Below the pieces are notes generated by a model, which did not search any database, had not been told where the DNA came from, and worked only from the letters and a program-made list of their open reading frames with translations. The position numbers and the translations under genes are program-made. 64,000 nucleotides of DNA, taken from NCBI RefSeq assembly GCF_009914755.1, contig NC_060947.1, one strand, 5' to 3'. The number at the start of each line of letters is the position of its first letter. Position 1 is the stretch's first letter. This DNA is from the human T2T-CHM13v2.0 reference genome, Homo sapiens. Positions 44,418-63,744 of this stretch are shown piece by piece.

Positions 44418-44731
44418 TTTATTTATTTTTATTATTATTTTTTAGACAGGGTCTTGCTCTGTTGCCTAGGCTGGAGTACAATGTGTGAAATGGTATAATC
44501 ATAGCTGACTGCAGCCATGACCTCCTGGGCTCAAGCAATCCTCCCATCTCAGCCTCCAAAGTAGCTGGGACTATAAGGACACACCATCACGCCTAATTTT
44601 TTAAAATTTTTTGCATAGACAGGGTCTTGCTATGTAATTCAGGCTGGTCTTGAACTCCTGGATTCAAGCAATCCTCCTGCCTCAGCCTTCCAAACTGCTG
44701 GGATTACAGGTGTGAGCAGCCACACCCAGAC
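44418..44731 (-). mobile_element. AluJ
   Basis: Full diverged Alu. Confidence 0.93.
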
Positions 44732-45477
44732 TTGAATGCATTCTTTAAATAAAGATGAGTTGGTTGGTGTTAAGTGTGCAATTGAAGATGTTTTATAACC
44801 AGCAGAAACTATTGCAGAAGAGTTAACTTCTGTTCACTTATAAAAAGTCATTTGGCAGCACATTAAACATAAGTTATGAGAATCTTTATAAAATAGCTGA
44901 AGTCAGCCTCCCTCACCACTTGCTTTAGAATTTATTGGAAAACATATTTGCAGAAAAGAAAAGCAAAACAACAGGGATAATATCATGCTTGACTTCACTT
45001 GTCAACATGGGAAGACTGAAAAGAAGAACCAGTCGACTTTCTTCTTTAATTGAGAAATAGGTTTATAGACCTATAAGGACATGCATACAACTTAGATCAC
45101 TCAAGTTCTTGACAAGGCCAATTTTAGCAATTGAAATTACGTTAAATGTAGCTTTTAGTGTCTTGTTTCTACATTGGATCCATGTGTTTTTGTAATAGGC
45201 AGCAATAGCAACCGCTACTACGTTTCTTAAGCGGTGACTACAGTTTCACAAAATAACGTTCAGAATCCAGATTCCAAAGGTATTTTATAAAGGCATTGGC
45301 CCTGTTGCCTATCTTTGTTTTCAAACATAATTAATTTTACTTCATTATATGAAGCTATTGTTGGACTTTGTCATATTGTTTCATTTGGGACTAAGGAGAT
45401 TGAGTATTGATGAAACAGGAAACACTTACACATGCTTAAACACTTCAAATTGATATATTTAATGCAATTTTAATTTA

Positions 45478-45798
<321 letters not shown>

Positions 45799-46289
45799 TT
45801 ACCTATTTGTTACAAGAAATCTGTGCAGAAAGTAAGGGTAGTATAAGAAGTCTAAGACAAATAGCTGTATCAAAACAGCTGAATATGAACCAAATTGCAA
45901 GAAGTACCGTCTTTCACCATGGGAAGGGCTGTGAACTGTGTTCAGTAAGCATTAACACACTCAGTTTATATTATAATCCACTGAGAAGGTATTATTAGGC
46001 CAGTGTTAAAGACAGTGCCACTTTAACTTAGAGTGTTTAAATAACTTTTCCAGGACAATATAGCTAGCAAAGGGACACACTAGGTTTTGAAACTTTCCCT
46101 TTCTATCTCTGAACTCCATGTGTTTAACCACTCAACTATGTCACATCCCTGGACATCCAGAATGTCTAATTAATTATTAAACAAACTGCATTAGGAGACT
46201 GAAGGCTAAAGAGAGATTCTGTAGAAGCAGAAGCCTGGGCCATGCTCAGAAGACAGCCACAATGAAACTACATTAGAATATAAATATCT

Positions 46290-47930
46290 CTTTTGCCGGA
46301 TTTCATTTGTATTGGGAAGGTCTCATAACCCAGCATAATTTTCCATGTGCTTACCCATGTCTTAAGTGATTTAGAGATTCAGAATGATTTTCCTGACACT
46401 GGCAATTTTTGCTGAAATTATATACATCTTCAAAAATTATTTCAGAAAATAGGGAAGGAACACTCAGAGGCTTATTTTATGTCAACGTAATTTTAATAGC
46501 AACTCCTGACAAAGATATCACAAAGAAGAGTAAATTACAGAATGATAATTTCGTACCAAAGTGGATACAAAAATATTAAAGATAAAATCTCCACATACAG
46601 TAAGAATAATGCAAATTTCTTTCTTTTTCTTCTTCTTCTTCTTCTTTTTTTTTTTTTTTTTAGAAAGAATCTCGTTCCGTCGCCCAGGCTGTAGTGCAGT
46701 GGTATGATCATAACTCACCTCAGCCTCCAACTCCTGGGCTCAAGAAGTCCTCCAGCCTCAGCCTCCTGAGTGGCTGGGACTACAGGTGTGTGCCACCATC
46801 CCCAACTAATTTTTAAGTTTTTTGTAGAGTCAGGGTCTTACTAGGTTGCCCAAGCTGGTCTTGAACTCCTGGGCTCAAGTGATCCTCCTGCCTCAGCCTC
46901 CCAAAGTGTTAGAATTATAGGTGTGAGCCCATAATCCAGCCTGGAATTTCTTTAATTTGATCAGTGCCACCTAATTTAAAAACTTACACTAACATTGTAC
47001 TTTATATTGAAATACGGAACACTGCCTTTTTGAGATTGGGAGCTCAGCATGGACATGCACTCTCACCTCATTTCTTCAAGATTGTGCTGGAAGTCTCAGC
47101 CACTGCAATGACCCAAGAAAGACGAGCACATTTCATAAAGATTAAAAAACAATGAGTGAAATTGTCTATATCCAAAGACAATATGCTTTTCAAATGCAGA
47201 AAATCCTAATGAACGTGCAAAATCAATAACAGAACCATTAAATGAACTTAGCAAGGTTGCAATTTACAGAGTCAATATAAATAAATCGTTTTTTCTACCT
47301 ACTAGCAGCTAGCAATTGTAAGTAAAACTTTAAAAAAATACTTTCACCTTAGCATAAAAACAAAAAATGTTCAGCATATTAAAAAAAGTTATCCAAGATC
47401 TCTTCACTGAAATCCACGTAGCATGGCTCTAAGAAAATAAGAAGGCTGAGATAAATCGGAATATATGCCATGTGTATGGATGGATTAGAAGACCTAACTT
47501 TGTTAAATACAAAACCTTCTCAAATTGATTGATATATTTAATGCAATTTTCCTCATTATACTGCCAGGCTTTTGAAGCAGAAATGGTCAAGTATAATCTA
47601 AGTATTATCTGGAAATGTAAGGACCAAGAAGAGGCACGTGATGTTGAAAAAGAATTGCATATGTAAGAGGCTGTGTAATTCCAGAATTTACTGTCAACAT
47701 CAGGAATTAAGAGGGCCTGTTATTATCCTATACGAAGGCAAATTACCACTGGATAAAAATAAAGAGGACATAAATTGATCCTCATTTATATAGTATACTG
47801 ATTTTTGGCAAGAATGCCAAAGAAATTTAATGGGAAAAGAATGTCTGATAAATAGTGATAAAATAACTGAATAACCATATAGAACATAGAGTTTCAAAAC
47901 TTACAACTACTTTTTAAGAAACCTATAAAA
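46290..47930 (+). mobile_element. Old L1M ORF2 remnant
   Basis: Degenerate ORF2 peptide 'AFLRLGAQHGHALSPHFFKIVLEVSATA' resembles the RT motif G.RQGCPLSPLLFNIVLEVLA. Confidence 0.75.
46618..46943 (-). mobile_element. AluJ
   Basis: Full Alu with (TTC)n/poly-T tail. Confidence 0.95.
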
Positions 47931-48829
47931 ATTAGTAATCCCTGAGTATTGTATTTTAGAGAAATTAATGTCAAATTACATATGTGTTCATTATTCATAT
48001 ACATACATATATATGGCATATGCATATAATTATATATGCAAATGTATAACCATATATCTCAACATTTTTCTTGGAAAATTCCTTTGAGTTAGACTTATAA
48101 GGTCTACAGAAATGACATGCAAGCCTTCATAGCCAGTTATTTATAAGAAATTATAAGTAAAATATGAGTTATGGTTTCACATTTGTATACAATATACACA
48201 ATGGCTAAAGGAACATAGATGCTGTTAGATTTAGTAGATCATTTCAGTGACAAGAGGCCAAACCCAATTTGTTTTTGCACTTTTCAGGTATATTTCTTCC
48301 TATAACTAATAAATTGTTTTAGATCATCCTTGAAATGTATTGCTTTTGTGCATAAGACATCCTACTATTCCATTACTCTGATTTTGTCCCCATTTTGTTC
48401 ATTTCAAAATAAGAATGATGCTTTTTAAAAATAGCAAGTTTTGTGAGATTTATCTTTTTATCTGCCTGATGCTTCTCTGTTCCTCTCATTTTTCATTCTT
48501 GACCCTACCCAGGCATTCATAGACTAAGGCTCATTTTCAAAGTAAACAAACTCAATGTTTTTCATTGTAGTCCAAAAGGGAATGACGTTTAACATGAAAT
48601 GCAAAGATGACTTTGAAGAGCTATCTTGTAATCCCTTCCTCTCAACATTATGATTATTGATTTATAACTCGGCGATGAAATCCCATGAGACCCAATGAAT
48701 GAAAATAATATTTGAAGCATAGAACAGTACCAGCTTTGAAAGCCTATATCATACATATTAGAATGATCTACTCTTGTAAGTCAGCATACTAACGTCATCA
48801 TACAAAAATCAAAAGTTTTGTTGCTTTTA

Positions 48830-48965
48830 ATTTTTTTTTTTTTTAAAGACAGGTTCTTACTATGCTGTGTAGGCTGGTCTTGAACTCCTGGGCTCAAGTA
48901 GTCCTCCAGCCTCAGCCTCCCTCCTGTATAGCTAGGACTACACATGCATACCACCAAGCCTGGCA
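48830..48965 (-). mobile_element. Monomeric Alu (FLAM/FAM-like)
   Basis: Single monomer of about 130 bp with poly-T. Confidence 0.85.
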
Positions 48966-49908
48966 AAAAAAAAGAAAAAATTTCTAAGTTTCAAAAGTAC
49001 TTTGAGTTTTTAATGGTTTCATGTCATACAAGTTTTCATAGCTCAAGGGACTGCTTTGAATTACAGCATCTGTCTCAGTGTGGAGTTACTCCTTCAATCT
49101 AATAAAAACTAAGAGAATTTTCATCTCTATCTAAGGCTGCTGTGTATCTTATAAATAGCACTGAGTTGTGATAACTTTTAAGTAGCCTATAAAATGATTT
49201 TTAAAGAATAATTTTTGAAAAGCAGAGCAAAGAATAAATCAATGGTTTTACAGAGAGAAATGGTAATAGGAACGAATACAAAATTATCCATGCCATTTTT
49301 AAATTAAGCTTTTTCTTCAAGATCTGGCAGGGGAAAAATAAAGGCTAGAAAGTAATGAGCTATATATGAACTTGACAAGAACAATTTTAAGTTGTACTCA
49401 TTTGTCACCTGCCATTAAAGTTTAGCTGATATTTTGCTCTTAATCATTCATCTAAAACCTACCCCAATCTGGAGGTTTTTGTCCCAGACTCCATTTTTGG
49501 GATGTCTGTTTTAAACTTCTTTTCAGGATAAAAGTTCATAAAAGCAAGCATGGCAATCCACTCATAGTTAAATGGACAATTCTATTTAAAACATAATCAA
49601 AATGGAAGTTAAAAATTGTTAAAACCATTTAAAATTTAATTATTACAACATGTTTGCTTTTGATTTCTAATCACTGTCTTGTAAATTACGATCAGCGATT
49701 GGGCCAGATAATCTGCATTATATTGTAATTGAACTCCCAGGACCTTATGTATTTATTTAGCCTAAATGTAGCTCATTCAGTGAGACTTGATTTACAGTCA
49801 GGGTATACATTATTACTTAGAGAGTACAGACCATTTTTAACAACCTAAAAGGCATACCTCATCAGACAGATATAAAGAAAGAATGATAATGGCTCATTTA
49901 AAATATTA

Positions 49909-50225
<317 letters not shown>

Positions 50226-51293
50226 CTATAATAGTCATATTTTAAATAAAATATGGTCACATTTTTAAAACGTCTACTCAGATACAGAATGAGAAATTTC
50301 TAATAAAAAATTTTAATTTCTAATAAAATTAATTTCTAGAATTAATTTGGAATCAAATTTTAATGATTTATTAAACAATCTTGATGTCCTGATGCTTGAA
50401 TGATAGGATAAGAAGTGACTCGATTCCAGAGGGAGAAGTTATATGACACAAAGAAAAGATAAAACAGAAACTTGTTATTGTGTGTTTGTTTTTAACATGT
50501 GGAGATTTGGAAATGAATTAATAACTAGAAATGAGTACATAACGTGCATGAATTTAAGGTGGAGCCAAGTTCTCTCTGAACCCATCATGGGTGTTCTTAG
50601 TTGTAATACCTAATTAATTATATCTATGTCTGTAACTATTGGTGTTTAAAAGGGTCACTTGTGTATGTCATAGAATTATGAGTTTAATCACTGATCTATC
50701 ATCACTTTGTACAAAACAAATTAAGCATTACCTAATTAAAATATTTAGGCAAAAAAAAGAGAATTCATACAACTACTTTAACATATGTATAATGGATTGA
50801 GTGTTTATGTGTACGTGTGTGTGTGTGTGTGTGTTTGAGGTTCTATCTATATTTCTGGGAATGTATTTGCTATGTCTTTGGTACCAATGAGACTAATGAT
50901 TTAGTGAATTAATTCAAGCAATCTGGCTTAATATGGATGCAAATAAAAACTATGTCACATTCATCACTGATTAATATCTGTCTCTAAGCTATAGATGCCA
51001 AATATTTGAACATGATAAAGGAGTATTCCTAGAAAAGGTAAAAAGATCATCTAAGAAACAATTCATTTTTAAATTATAGTCAGTGATTTGGATAAAAGAA
51101 ATACATAGAAATATCAAGTCATGATTATAATTGATATAATCAATTATATAATTATGATTGTATATTTAATATCTATATATCAATATCAATATACAGTCAT
51201 GATTATAATTGTTTAAACCTATAATGAAAAACAAAAAACATTGCTCTCATTCTTGAGAGTAATGTTATTATGTATATAGGAACATGTTCGTTA

Positions 51294-51295
<2 letters not shown>

Positions 51296-51338
<43 letters not shown>
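51296..51338. repeat. (TA)n microsatellite
   Basis: About 20 perfect TA units. Confidence 0.95.
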
Positions 51339-51342
<4 letters not shown>

Positions 51343-51539
51343 TTAGAAGAAAAAGAAAAATGCAGAACTCCTTGTTAGTAGAAACAGATTGAAAAAGTCA
51401 ACTTGGATAGGTAGCATGACCCATTTCTGTTCTTCCAGTCAAATACTTGAGTTTATGTTGAATAGTGGTGGTTTCTGGCCTCATAGTCCTTCCCAATACT
51501 TTCACCTCCTCCATTGCTCACCATCAGGCTGCAAAAATT

Positions 51540-52105
51540 CAGAACTAGTGTTACACATAAAGTTACCCCATGAACAAGCAGTTTTACTCAAAGAAGAATG
51601 AAAGTATCCACTCAAAAGATTTGCACACATGTTCAAAGCAGCATTGTTCATGAGACCCAAAAAGTAGAAACAACTCAAGTGTCTATTGATGGATGAATGC
51701 CCACACAAAAGGGGGTCTATCCACGCAAGGGAATATTATTCAGCTATACATGGGCACAAAGCACCAATACATGCTACAACATGGATGAAACTTGAAAACA
51801 CTATATGAGGCAAAAGAAGAAAATCACAAAAGGCCATATATTACATGATTCTGTTTATACGAAATGTCCAGGAAAGGCCAATCCACAGAGAGTAAGTAGA
51901 TTACTGATTACCAGAGACTGGGGAAAAGTAAATGGGAATTGGCTGCTAACGGTTATTGGGTTTCTCTTTGGGATAATGAAAAGTGTTCTGGAACTAGAGA
52001 GCGGTGCTGATTGCACAACATTGTGAATATAGTAAAAGCTACTAAATTGTGCAATTTGAAATAGTGACATTTATGGTTTGTGAGTTAAATTTCTCTTTAA
52101 AAATG
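51540..52105 (+). mobile_element. L1MB 3' UTR
   Basis: 'catgctacaacatggatgaaacttgaaaacac...tgttctggaactagag.gcggtgctgattgcacaacattgtgaat'. Confidence 0.9.
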
Positions 52106-52479
52106 CATGATGACAGAAGAATAGATTAACGTTTATTAAGTCGAAGTGTTCTAAATCCATGCAAGTTCAGGGAAGTGGGAAAAATTATAAATTTATAATT
52201 TTTATGTTGACATAAAATTCTTATGTTGACTTCAGCAACATAAGAAGGTACATTTTAATTTCAATAATATCTAGTTAAGTAATGGTAAAACCCCTGCAAA
52301 ACAAACTAGTAAATGGCTGAAAAAATATGAATAAGAACTTTGAGAAAAAAATGAAAATTATTGAAAGACGGTATGGCAGCAGAAGAAGAAACAAAGCACA
52401 GGCAGGGAAAAAACAATAATGCTACAATAAAACAAATAATAGAAAAAAGAAATAGTAATACAATACGTATGTCATATGT

Positions 52480-54630
<2,151 letters not shown>

Positions 54631-54844
54631 AATTTTATTCTTTCCATTTATCCTGCCCTGAAGATTCTTTTGGGGAGGCTTTAAAAAGTTTTATTTTGTT
54701 TTTAATTAACAAATAATAGTTGGACATATTAATGGGGTACAGTGTCATGTTTTCACACATATAGACATTGTGTAATGATCAAATCAGGGTAATTAGCACA
54801 TCCATCACCTCCAATACTTGTCATTCCAAATTTCCTTTTCTAGA

Positions 54845-55475
<631 letters not shown>

Positions 55476-56624
55476 CTATTCTAGATATACTGAAGTACAG
55501 TATGCATTACTGTCGACTATAGTCACCCTACTGTGCAGGAGAACAGCAGGACTTATTTTTCCTGTCTAATTGTAACTTCGTACCCAGTGACCAATCTCTC
55601 TCCTTCCCATCTCTCTTGCCTAGTCTCTGGTAACTACTGTTCTATTCTCTGCTTCTATGAATTCAACTTCTTTAGTTTCCCCATATAAGTGAGGCCATGC
55701 AGCATTCGCCCTTCTGTGCTTGGTTTATTTCACTTAACATAGTATCTTGTAGGTTCATCCATGTTGCTGCCAAGGACCAGAATCCATTTTTTTGCGGATG
55801 AATAGTATTCCATGTGTACATACGCAACATTTTCTTTATCCATTCACTCACTGATGGACACATAGGTTGATTCCATATCTTTGCTGTTGTGAATAGTGCT
55901 GTAATAAACATGAGAGTGCAGGTAGTCCTTTGACATAATTGTTTCTTATTATTTTGATAAATGGCCAGTAGTAGGATTGCTGAATCAAATGGTAGTTCTA
56001 TTCTTAGTTTCTTGAGGAACTGCCGTATTGTTGTCCATAGTGGCTGTACTAACTGACATTCCTATGAATAGTGTGTGAGAGTTTTTCTTTCTTATAGAAT
56101 CTTTCTTTGATAATTTGATGGTTTTAAAGCAGAGGTGAGCTTTTCGGGCTGAATATGGTCTGGGTCATATATGCATATTTCTTTCTTCCTTTCTCTCTCT
56201 CTTTTTGTATATAATTTATCCAAAAGGCAAAAACCATCATTAGCTCAAGGAGCAAACAAAAATGGACCATGGGCTTGATTTGATGCATGTGCTGTAATTA
56301 TTTTGACAACTGTTTAAAAGGTGTGTGTTTCATGTAGGTCATCACATTTGATTATTTAGTGTATTTAATGCATGTAGGATCTGCAAAGATAGCCTGTGTT
56401 TCCCTTCTGATATTGCTAATTGTTGGCGTGTATATATTTATCATGATCAATGAAACCATAGTTATATAAAATTTTTTCAGAATAAATTTGGATTTCAAAT
56501 ATTTTCTCTGTTTCTGTCCATTTAATTGATTTCATCTTATTTTCATAGTTTGCTTTATTATGCAAGCACATTGGACTGATTTTTGGAGACTAATTTTTTT
56601 GTACTATATCAGTGGGTTTAAGCC

Positions 56625-56810
56625 AAAATTGGGCAAACTATAGGCCTCAGGCCAGCTCCCTGCCTGCTTCTGCGAAAAAAAAAAATGTTTTATTAGAAAA
56701 AATCCACACCCTGAGACAGTATTGACATGCAATTTCAATGACTGCTTATGTGCCTCCACGACACATGATCCAGCTGAATAGTTGTAATACAGAACTTCTG
56801 ATCTGCAGAT
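56625..56810 (+). mobile_element. MER58-like hAT MITE
   Basis: 'gggcaaactataggcctcaggcca...cctgcctgcttctg...gttttattagaa'. Confidence 0.6.
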
Positions 56811-56899
56811 ACACACACAAGTCATATATATGTGTATATGTATATATACGTGTGTATATATATATGGCATCAGAATGAATATATAATAGAAATATTTCT

Positions 56900-59239
<2,340 letters not shown>

Positions 59240-60327
59240 TTAACTCTTGACCTACCATAAGAAGGCAAATTTGCTGATGATATGATGAAATGACTGCTTA
59301 AACTAAAGGGCATGATTTCAAAGCTGAAAAATACATGGAGGAAGAGTGCCTTGTTTCTGTGAGTACAATTCTGCAATGAAGTCTGCACAAAAGATATGAA
59401 TGTTACTTGATGTTTTCTTCATTCTGAAACACATCCTTTAGGAATTCTGTATCACTATGTCTTCAAATTCCCATGGAACAGCATCTCATCATTCATGAAT
59501 ACTTAATGATGATGCACCACAATTTGCAGCTACTTTTATTCTGACACATCCTTCCTTCCCTAGAGCATAGGAGATGCAGATATCAGAGTTGTTGTATAGG
59601 GCAGGGCAGTGACATTGTGGTTCAAGGGAGAGAACTGGGATCATCATGGGTCCTGAGGAGCAGAGTCCCCTATGCATGATGGACCAACTGCACCTCTGTG
59701 TCCATTGGGGACCTGAGAGAGCCTGGAAAAAGACGCAGATGCACAGTGTACCCTGGCTTCACTCTGACGTTATCAGCTGCTCACCTTGAGTGCTCCCGAT
59801 GGACTCCTGCGGAGGAGGTAATTTTGGAAGTTGCATTAACTGGATGAGGCCACCAGATGACCATTTGGGGCACCGTCGGTCGAAGTCATTTCCCATAAAA
59901 TACCTTAATGGCCTGAAAAAGTTAATGCGTCTCTCAAATTGCCTCTGTTACCACGACAGAACCATGCATTGAAAGAATTGGTTCCCTTGTATCTTCCACA
60001 CAAGCAACAGAAATATCATCATCACCTGCTATTTATTAAAGGCCTTGGGCCAGCAGATGTGCAGTGCCCAAAGCTAATTAAATGGGCTGAGGTCTGGTTC
60101 AGGGACTATGACATGGGAATTTTAAAGCCATGCATAGAAAGAAGCTGCTCAACCTCCTCTATTGGAAAATGAAAATATAGATCTGGCCTCTGCAACCAGC
60201 TTCTTTCTCAAGCTTGTTTTCTCATTCCCCTAGTGGAAACGAGGCTTTCATCTATTGCTATCCTGAAGACATGGTAGAAGTTTAATAAATAGTAGCAACT
60301 ATTCAGCAAGTATTTTTGAATACTTAC

Positions 60328-60718
60328 TGATATGGTTTGGCTCTGTGTCCCCACGCAAATCTCAAGTTGACTTGTAATTCCCAATGTTGAGGGAGGGACA
60401 TGGTGGGAGGTGATTGGATCATGGGGGAGGATTTTCCCCCACGCCATTCTCATGATAATCATTGAGCTCTCACGAGACCTGATGGTTTATTTTAAAGTGT
60501 ATGGCACATCCCTCTTCGTTATCTCCTTCTCTCCTGCTCCGCCATGGTAAGACATGTCTACTTCCCCTTTGCCTTCCACCGTCATTGTAAGTTTCCTGAG
60601 GCTTCCCAGTCGTGCCTCCTGTACGCCTGTGGAACTGTGAGTCAATTAAATCTCTTTTCTTCATAAACTACCCAGTCTCAGGTAGTTCTTTATAGCACTG
60701 AGAAAATGGACTGATACG
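60328..60718 (+). mobile_element. THE1D/MSTA MaLR solo LTR
   Basis: 'tgatatggtttggctctgtgtcccca...gaactgtgagtcaattaaa...aaaatggactgatac'; TSD cttac/ctgac. Confidence 0.92.
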
Positions 60719-60779
60719 CTGACTGTCACAGACTGTTGTCTAATCATTTTAGAAGAAATAACTGATGTAGCATCCATCA

Positions 60780-60963
60780 TAGTACCTCAGATTTGGGGGT
60801 GATTTTCTCCCCTCCATGGGACATTTGGCAATTCCAGAGACATCTTTGGTTGTCAGAATGGAGGGATCTACTGGGTAAAAGCAAGGGATGCTGCCAAACC
60901 TCCTAGAGTACAAAAGAATATTCAGTGCAGAATCTTAATGCAGCCACTGTTGAAAATCTCTAG
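60780..60963 (+). mobile_element. MER20 hAT-Charlie MITE
   Basis: 'gggggtgattttctcccc...gggacatttggcaat...gagacatctttggttgtca...agggatgctgccaaac'. Confidence 0.8.
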
Positions 60964-61509
60964 AGTTTACAACTCTTAGTTTTTTTTCAGGCTGTTGAAA
61001 GAAAACAGGGAGGGATAGAAGTAGAGTCTCGAAGATGCTGGAAAGTGCTCTGAAACTCAGTCTTTGAATCAGAGCTAACCAAATACAGCATTCCACCTAC
61101 AGCATTATTTGTATAAGAAACCTGGCAATCAAGTGGACCAAGGGAAATAGTTGTGATTTTTCATAATCCCAAGAGTTTGTGCAAAGGACAGGCAAACTGA
61201 GAATTTCAACTATTTCCATGAAACCATCCTTACACTTGCGCATGGAAGGTGGAACAGTAGAAAATGTTTGTCATGATTGTGTGTGTGTGAAAAATGCAAC
61301 TGATTAATTTTAACATAACTGGGAAAATCGATGCAGTCATATGCAAACTTTTAGTGAATGCTTGCTTTGAACTTTTCTAAATCTCTAATAAAATTTGAAG
61401 CAGCTACGCAATGCATCAAAACATTCCTTGCTCTGTATATGCTTTGGACTTCATCTTAACAAGTCTGATTTTATATATCTCTATATACAAATATATAATA
61501 TATATATGA

Positions 61510-61840
61510 GCAGTAGATAGCAAGTATATAGATATATTTGCAATATGTTATACCAGTAGATAGCAAATATACAAATATATTTGCTATTAGATAGCAAATA
61601 TACAAATATATTTGCTATTAGATAGCAAATATACAAATATATTTGCTATTAGATAGCAAATATATACATATATATAGCAAGATAGACATACAACCATACA
61701 AATATATATATTTGCTATATATAGCACACTTATAAATACATATATTTGCTACCTACTGGTTTTATATATATATATATATACACCAATATATACTGTTATT
61801 ATATATAGATAGATAGATTTGCTATCTACTGGTATTGTAT
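61510..61840. repeat. AT-rich palindromic minisatellite (31 bp unit x3.5) with inverted flanking copies
   Basis: Unit tagatagcaaatatacaaatatatttgctat at 61557, 61588 and 61619, partial at 61650. Confidence 0.93.
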
Positions 61841-62064
61841 ATATATTATATATAATATTTGGCAAAAATAATGTTTATGTAGTGTTCTAAACAAGCCCTC
61901 ATTAAACAGTCACCCAAACGTGTATTTCTAGGCTACACACTTCCATATTCTAAGGCTTCTAACTTTTGATTATTTCCTACTCAATGATTAAAAGACTTTA
62001 TGACCAAAATGTAGAAATTATCAAAAGGTCAGCAGAACAATGCTAAATAGTGATAAAGAAGGTC

Positions 62065-62166
62065 TCTCTGTTAGCATAATGACCTCCAATTCCTTCCATG
62101 CTTTCCATTTATCTGTTGATGGACACTTAGGTTGCTTCCAAATTTTGGCTACTGTGAACAGTGCTG
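62065..62166 (-). mobile_element. L1 3' UTR fragments
   Basis: 'tgttgatggacacttaggttgcttccaaattttggctactgtgaacagtgctg'. Confidence 0.75.
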
Positions 62167-62318
62167 ACAAGTTAGAAATGCAACCACATTTGTCTAAATT
62201 GTCTTCATAAAAATATAAATTCATACTTTATAATTATTGTAGACTATTAATAATATTATTATTTAAAAATCTACTGCATACATTGTAAGTTAATTTCAGC
62301 AAATTTATGATAAGTGTT

Positions 62319-62741
62319 TGTGAGGACTTATTTTATGTGGCAACTTGACTATTTGGTAAAACACCAGTCTACATGCTCTTGTGAAGGTACTTTGTAGATG
62401 AGGTTAAGATTTAAATGAGTAGACATTGAGTAAAGCAGGTTGCTCTGCAGAATGCGTGTAGGCCTCATCTAATCAGTTGATGGTCTTGATAGAAAAGACT
62501 GATCCCCTCTGCACCTCCAAGAACAGGGAATTCTGCCTCCAGGACGGTCTTCAAAGTGAAGCTGCAACATCAACTCTTCCCTGGATCTCAATCCTGCAAG
62601 TCTACCCTGCACAATTTGAACTTGCCAGCCCTCCACAATCAAGAGAGCCAATTACTTAAATAAATCTTCCTTTTCTTTTTTTTTCTCTTTCTCTTTCTTT
62701 CTTTCTTTCTTTCTTTTTCTTTCTTTCTTTCTCTCTTTCTT

Positions 62742-62779
<38 letters not shown>

Positions 62780-62824
62780 CACTCCCTATTGACTCTATTT
62801 ATCTGGACAACTGTGACTAATACA
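62319..62824 (+). mobile_element. MLT2 (B/D-like) ERVL LTR with internal CT-rich expansion (62665-62780)
   Basis: 'ttttatgtggcaacttgact...ggcctcatctaatcagttga...gactaataca'. Confidence 0.85.
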
Positions 62825-63744
62825 GTGCTTAAAAGTTAAACCATTAGTATGCACCTTATTATATCTATGAAAGGGATTGCAGCAAAAATTTTCTAGATTG
62901 ACAATGCTATTTTCCATAACTGACACTGAAAATAACAAATGCTTCCAATATGTCAAGACCTGTATCCCTAATGACAATGTGATATAATGATGTCACAGAT
63001 TTTGCACTTTTTAATTGCATTTTATTCTCCGCATATGTCCTTGAGTACAGATTATTAAATATAACTAAGCAATTTTCTTCTTTAAATAACAAAAGTACTA
63101 CTTAAAAGTAAAGAGAATTTCAACTTACTGTGTTTATTCTTCCCATAGGGTGAAGCTGGCCCCAGGCATCCTATAACGTGCATTAAACAAAAAACTTCTT
63201 TATCAGTGGGAGGTTACTAAATTTCACATTCTCTCAAAGCTTCAAAAGAAAGGAAAAAGAAGGAGGAAGGATGCCCAGATTAGACATGCAAACTCTTGAA
63301 AAAAAGTCTATTTAATAAGAGTTGAAAAAGTCAGTCTTGCATTCAAAGAGGTCACACACTTATCAAACCTACCGTAAGTTTAAATGACAGCTGGTGTCAA
63401 TCATGAATTCTATTAGAAACATTTATTTTGAAGCATTACATCAAAAAGCCCAATACTATCTTAAGATAATTAGTTGTTAATTGCTCAACAATACGCATTT
63501 CAATAACAACAATAATAACTGTTAATATTTTCTTTAACATATAACTTACCAAGGCTTGGATGTAACCAATATTCACCCCTCCCTTTCAAATGTTTGATGT
63601 GGTAGATTTAGGTAAATGCATTCAGTTACACAATGGCAACCACGATGTGCGTAAAGAACATCTCTTTTACCCTAAAAAGCTCACTTATGTCCTTTTGCAG
63701 AAAGCACGCCTTCCAAGCACAGCCTCTGATAACTCTTGATCTGT

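Noticed and set aside
61557-61664. CRISPR-like array of 31 bp palindromic repeats
   Set aside because: Units are head-to-tail with no unique spacers, there are no cas genes, and the context is a primate genome.
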